From contig JAQGDQ010000175.1 in NCBI GenBank assembly GCA_030141605.1, forward strand, positions 248,001 through 312,000: DNA of 64,000 nt, read 5' to 3'. Below are positions 62,752 to 64,000 of this stretch, one piece after another. Position 1 is the first letter of the stretch. Each line of letters starts with the position of its first letter. Made by a program: the position numbers and the translations under genes. The notes beneath the pieces were generated by a model. It was not told the DNA's origin and did no database searches. It saw only the letters and a list, made by a program, of their open reading frames with translations. This stretch comes from Tubiluchus corallicola (taxonomy: Eukaryota > Animalia > Priapulida).

Positions 62752-62989
62752 TGAATTGATTGCCAACCCGGTTTCGAACAAACTGTTTATTGTCAAGGCA
62801 TCTAAAACAAAGAAATTTACAGGAATTTAGAAACATCAAAATGCAATTCAGTAGCCAAAAGTTATATGATAAACCATTATATAGATAATTTAACAATTTA
62901 CTTTGCAGATTGCATACCTTAATTGGTATGAAACTTTTAGATGCCTTGACAATGAACAGTTTGTTCGAAACCGGTCGGCAATAAATTCA
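62752..62989. repeat. Inverted repeat (arms about 55 bp, spacer about 125 bp) of Penelope-terminus-like sequence
   Basis: TGCCAACCCGGTTTCGAACAAACTGTTTATTGTCAAGGCATCTAAAA versus TTTTAGATGCCTTGACAATGAACAGTTTGTTCGAAACCGGTCGGCA. Confidence 0.8.
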
Positions 62990-63907
62990 TATTTATTTAT
63001 TTTCAGAATTGAAAATGAAGACCCAACCGGCTCAACTCAGATCTTTTTTGAAATCTAAGACATATTCTGAGAAAGCATAAGCTCGGCCTTCGTACTGCAT
63101 TTCAGTCAAGAAGTGATTGTTAAATAAGGTAAAGCATTTGTACTAATAAAAATGTAGTATATTCTTAAATTCTTACACAGACCTTCGTATGACATTTGCG
63201 AATCTAAGTGTCAAAAATAGACTAAACTCTTAAGCGCTTTCATTCTTATGACACATAATTGCGCTAACATTGACGTGCAGTTCTGTTCTCTTGAAATGTT
63301 TTACTTTCTGAACAAATTCCAACTGTTTGGTAAAACACCAACTTATACTGATGACTTTTACAGATGGCATCGAATAACTTTCTCTGGTGAAAGTCTTGTG
63401 AAGCTATAAATGTAATCGGTAACGTCCTTCGGTCCAAAGGTTGGTCCTAAATTTAAGCCCAACTAAAGCGTTGTTCTTCTCATGTTTGTAAGCATGAGAA
63501 CAATGCCAGAATACTTTCACGCGGCTATCCAACAAAGCAAAATCGTAGCCAAGTTGGTGGCAGCACTTTCGAATGTATAACTGTTAAAAAAGTTTGATTC
63601 ATCCTTTAATCTGTCCAGATAAAGTCCAGATGGCAGACATGTGTGTAGGTTGTACCATCACAACGGTTGCTTGAGACGGGTCTGGTCTAAAAAATCACAG
63701 AATCCCTTTCAAGCCGTTTTTGCGCCCATATTTGCTTTAGAATCTTTGGACTCGTTTGATGATTGTTTGGACAAAATGCTATCGTCTTGTGTACCCTCTC
63801 TTTCAGATACTTGAGTTACGTAGTTGTTTAACGTTTTCAGCAAATCTTTCATCTGCAAATAGTAAATTCTGTGTAATCAAAACAAGCATAATAGAAATGT
63901 ATTTAAA

Positions 63908-64000
63908 GTAGGGTAGCTCAGTGGCAGCTTCCCACCCCCGAGGTCGCGAGTTCAAACACCGGCCTAGTCATACCAAAGACTTAAAGAATGGCATCGCTGG
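63908..64000 (+). mobile_element. tRNA-derived SINE 5' part (MetaSINE-like), running off the window
   Basis: Pol III A box TAGCTCAGTGG and B box GAGTTCAAAC, followed by GTCATACCAAAGACTTAAAGAATGG; no tRNA cloverleaf. Confidence 0.65.

Noticed and set aside
63908-63970. tRNA gene
   Set aside because: A and B boxes are present but acceptor and anticodon stems are not, and the sequence continues into a SINE body.

Overview
AT-rich, intron-rich eukaryotic DNA, probably from an invertebrate animal; the taxon cannot be fixed from the sequence. No prokaryotic features, CRISPR arrays or rRNA were found. Five protein-coding genes were read from the sequence. (1) The last four exons of an ILKAP-like PP2C phosphatase (+, 340-3142). 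(2) An intronless squalene synthase FDFT1 (-, 7783-9021) with NF-Y/SRE-like upstream motifs. (3) A complete 11-coding-exon WDR5 (-, 16163-28918). (4) A single-coding-exon GT31 beta-1,3-galactosyltransferase (-, 36015-37127). (5) Mitochondrial tryptophanyl-tRNA synthetase WARS2 (-, 39000-47287; first exon not located). Introns and intergenic DNA are dense with mobile DNA: a near-complete Buster/SPIN-type hAT transposon with TIRs and an 8-bp TSD in a WARS2 intron, a solo LTR, several MITEs, a probable Helitron, Penelope fragments with inverted arms and hammerhead-like motifs, CR1/RTE/L2-type LINE remnants, a rearranged transposase-like element of an unassigned family, a tRNA-derived SINE and several minisatellites. 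No clearly new biological system is demonstrable. The best leads are the intronless squalene synthase among intron-conserving neighbours, the unassigned transposase-like element and the SPIN-like hAT. All coordinates were read by hand and family names come from recalled motifs, not database searches.
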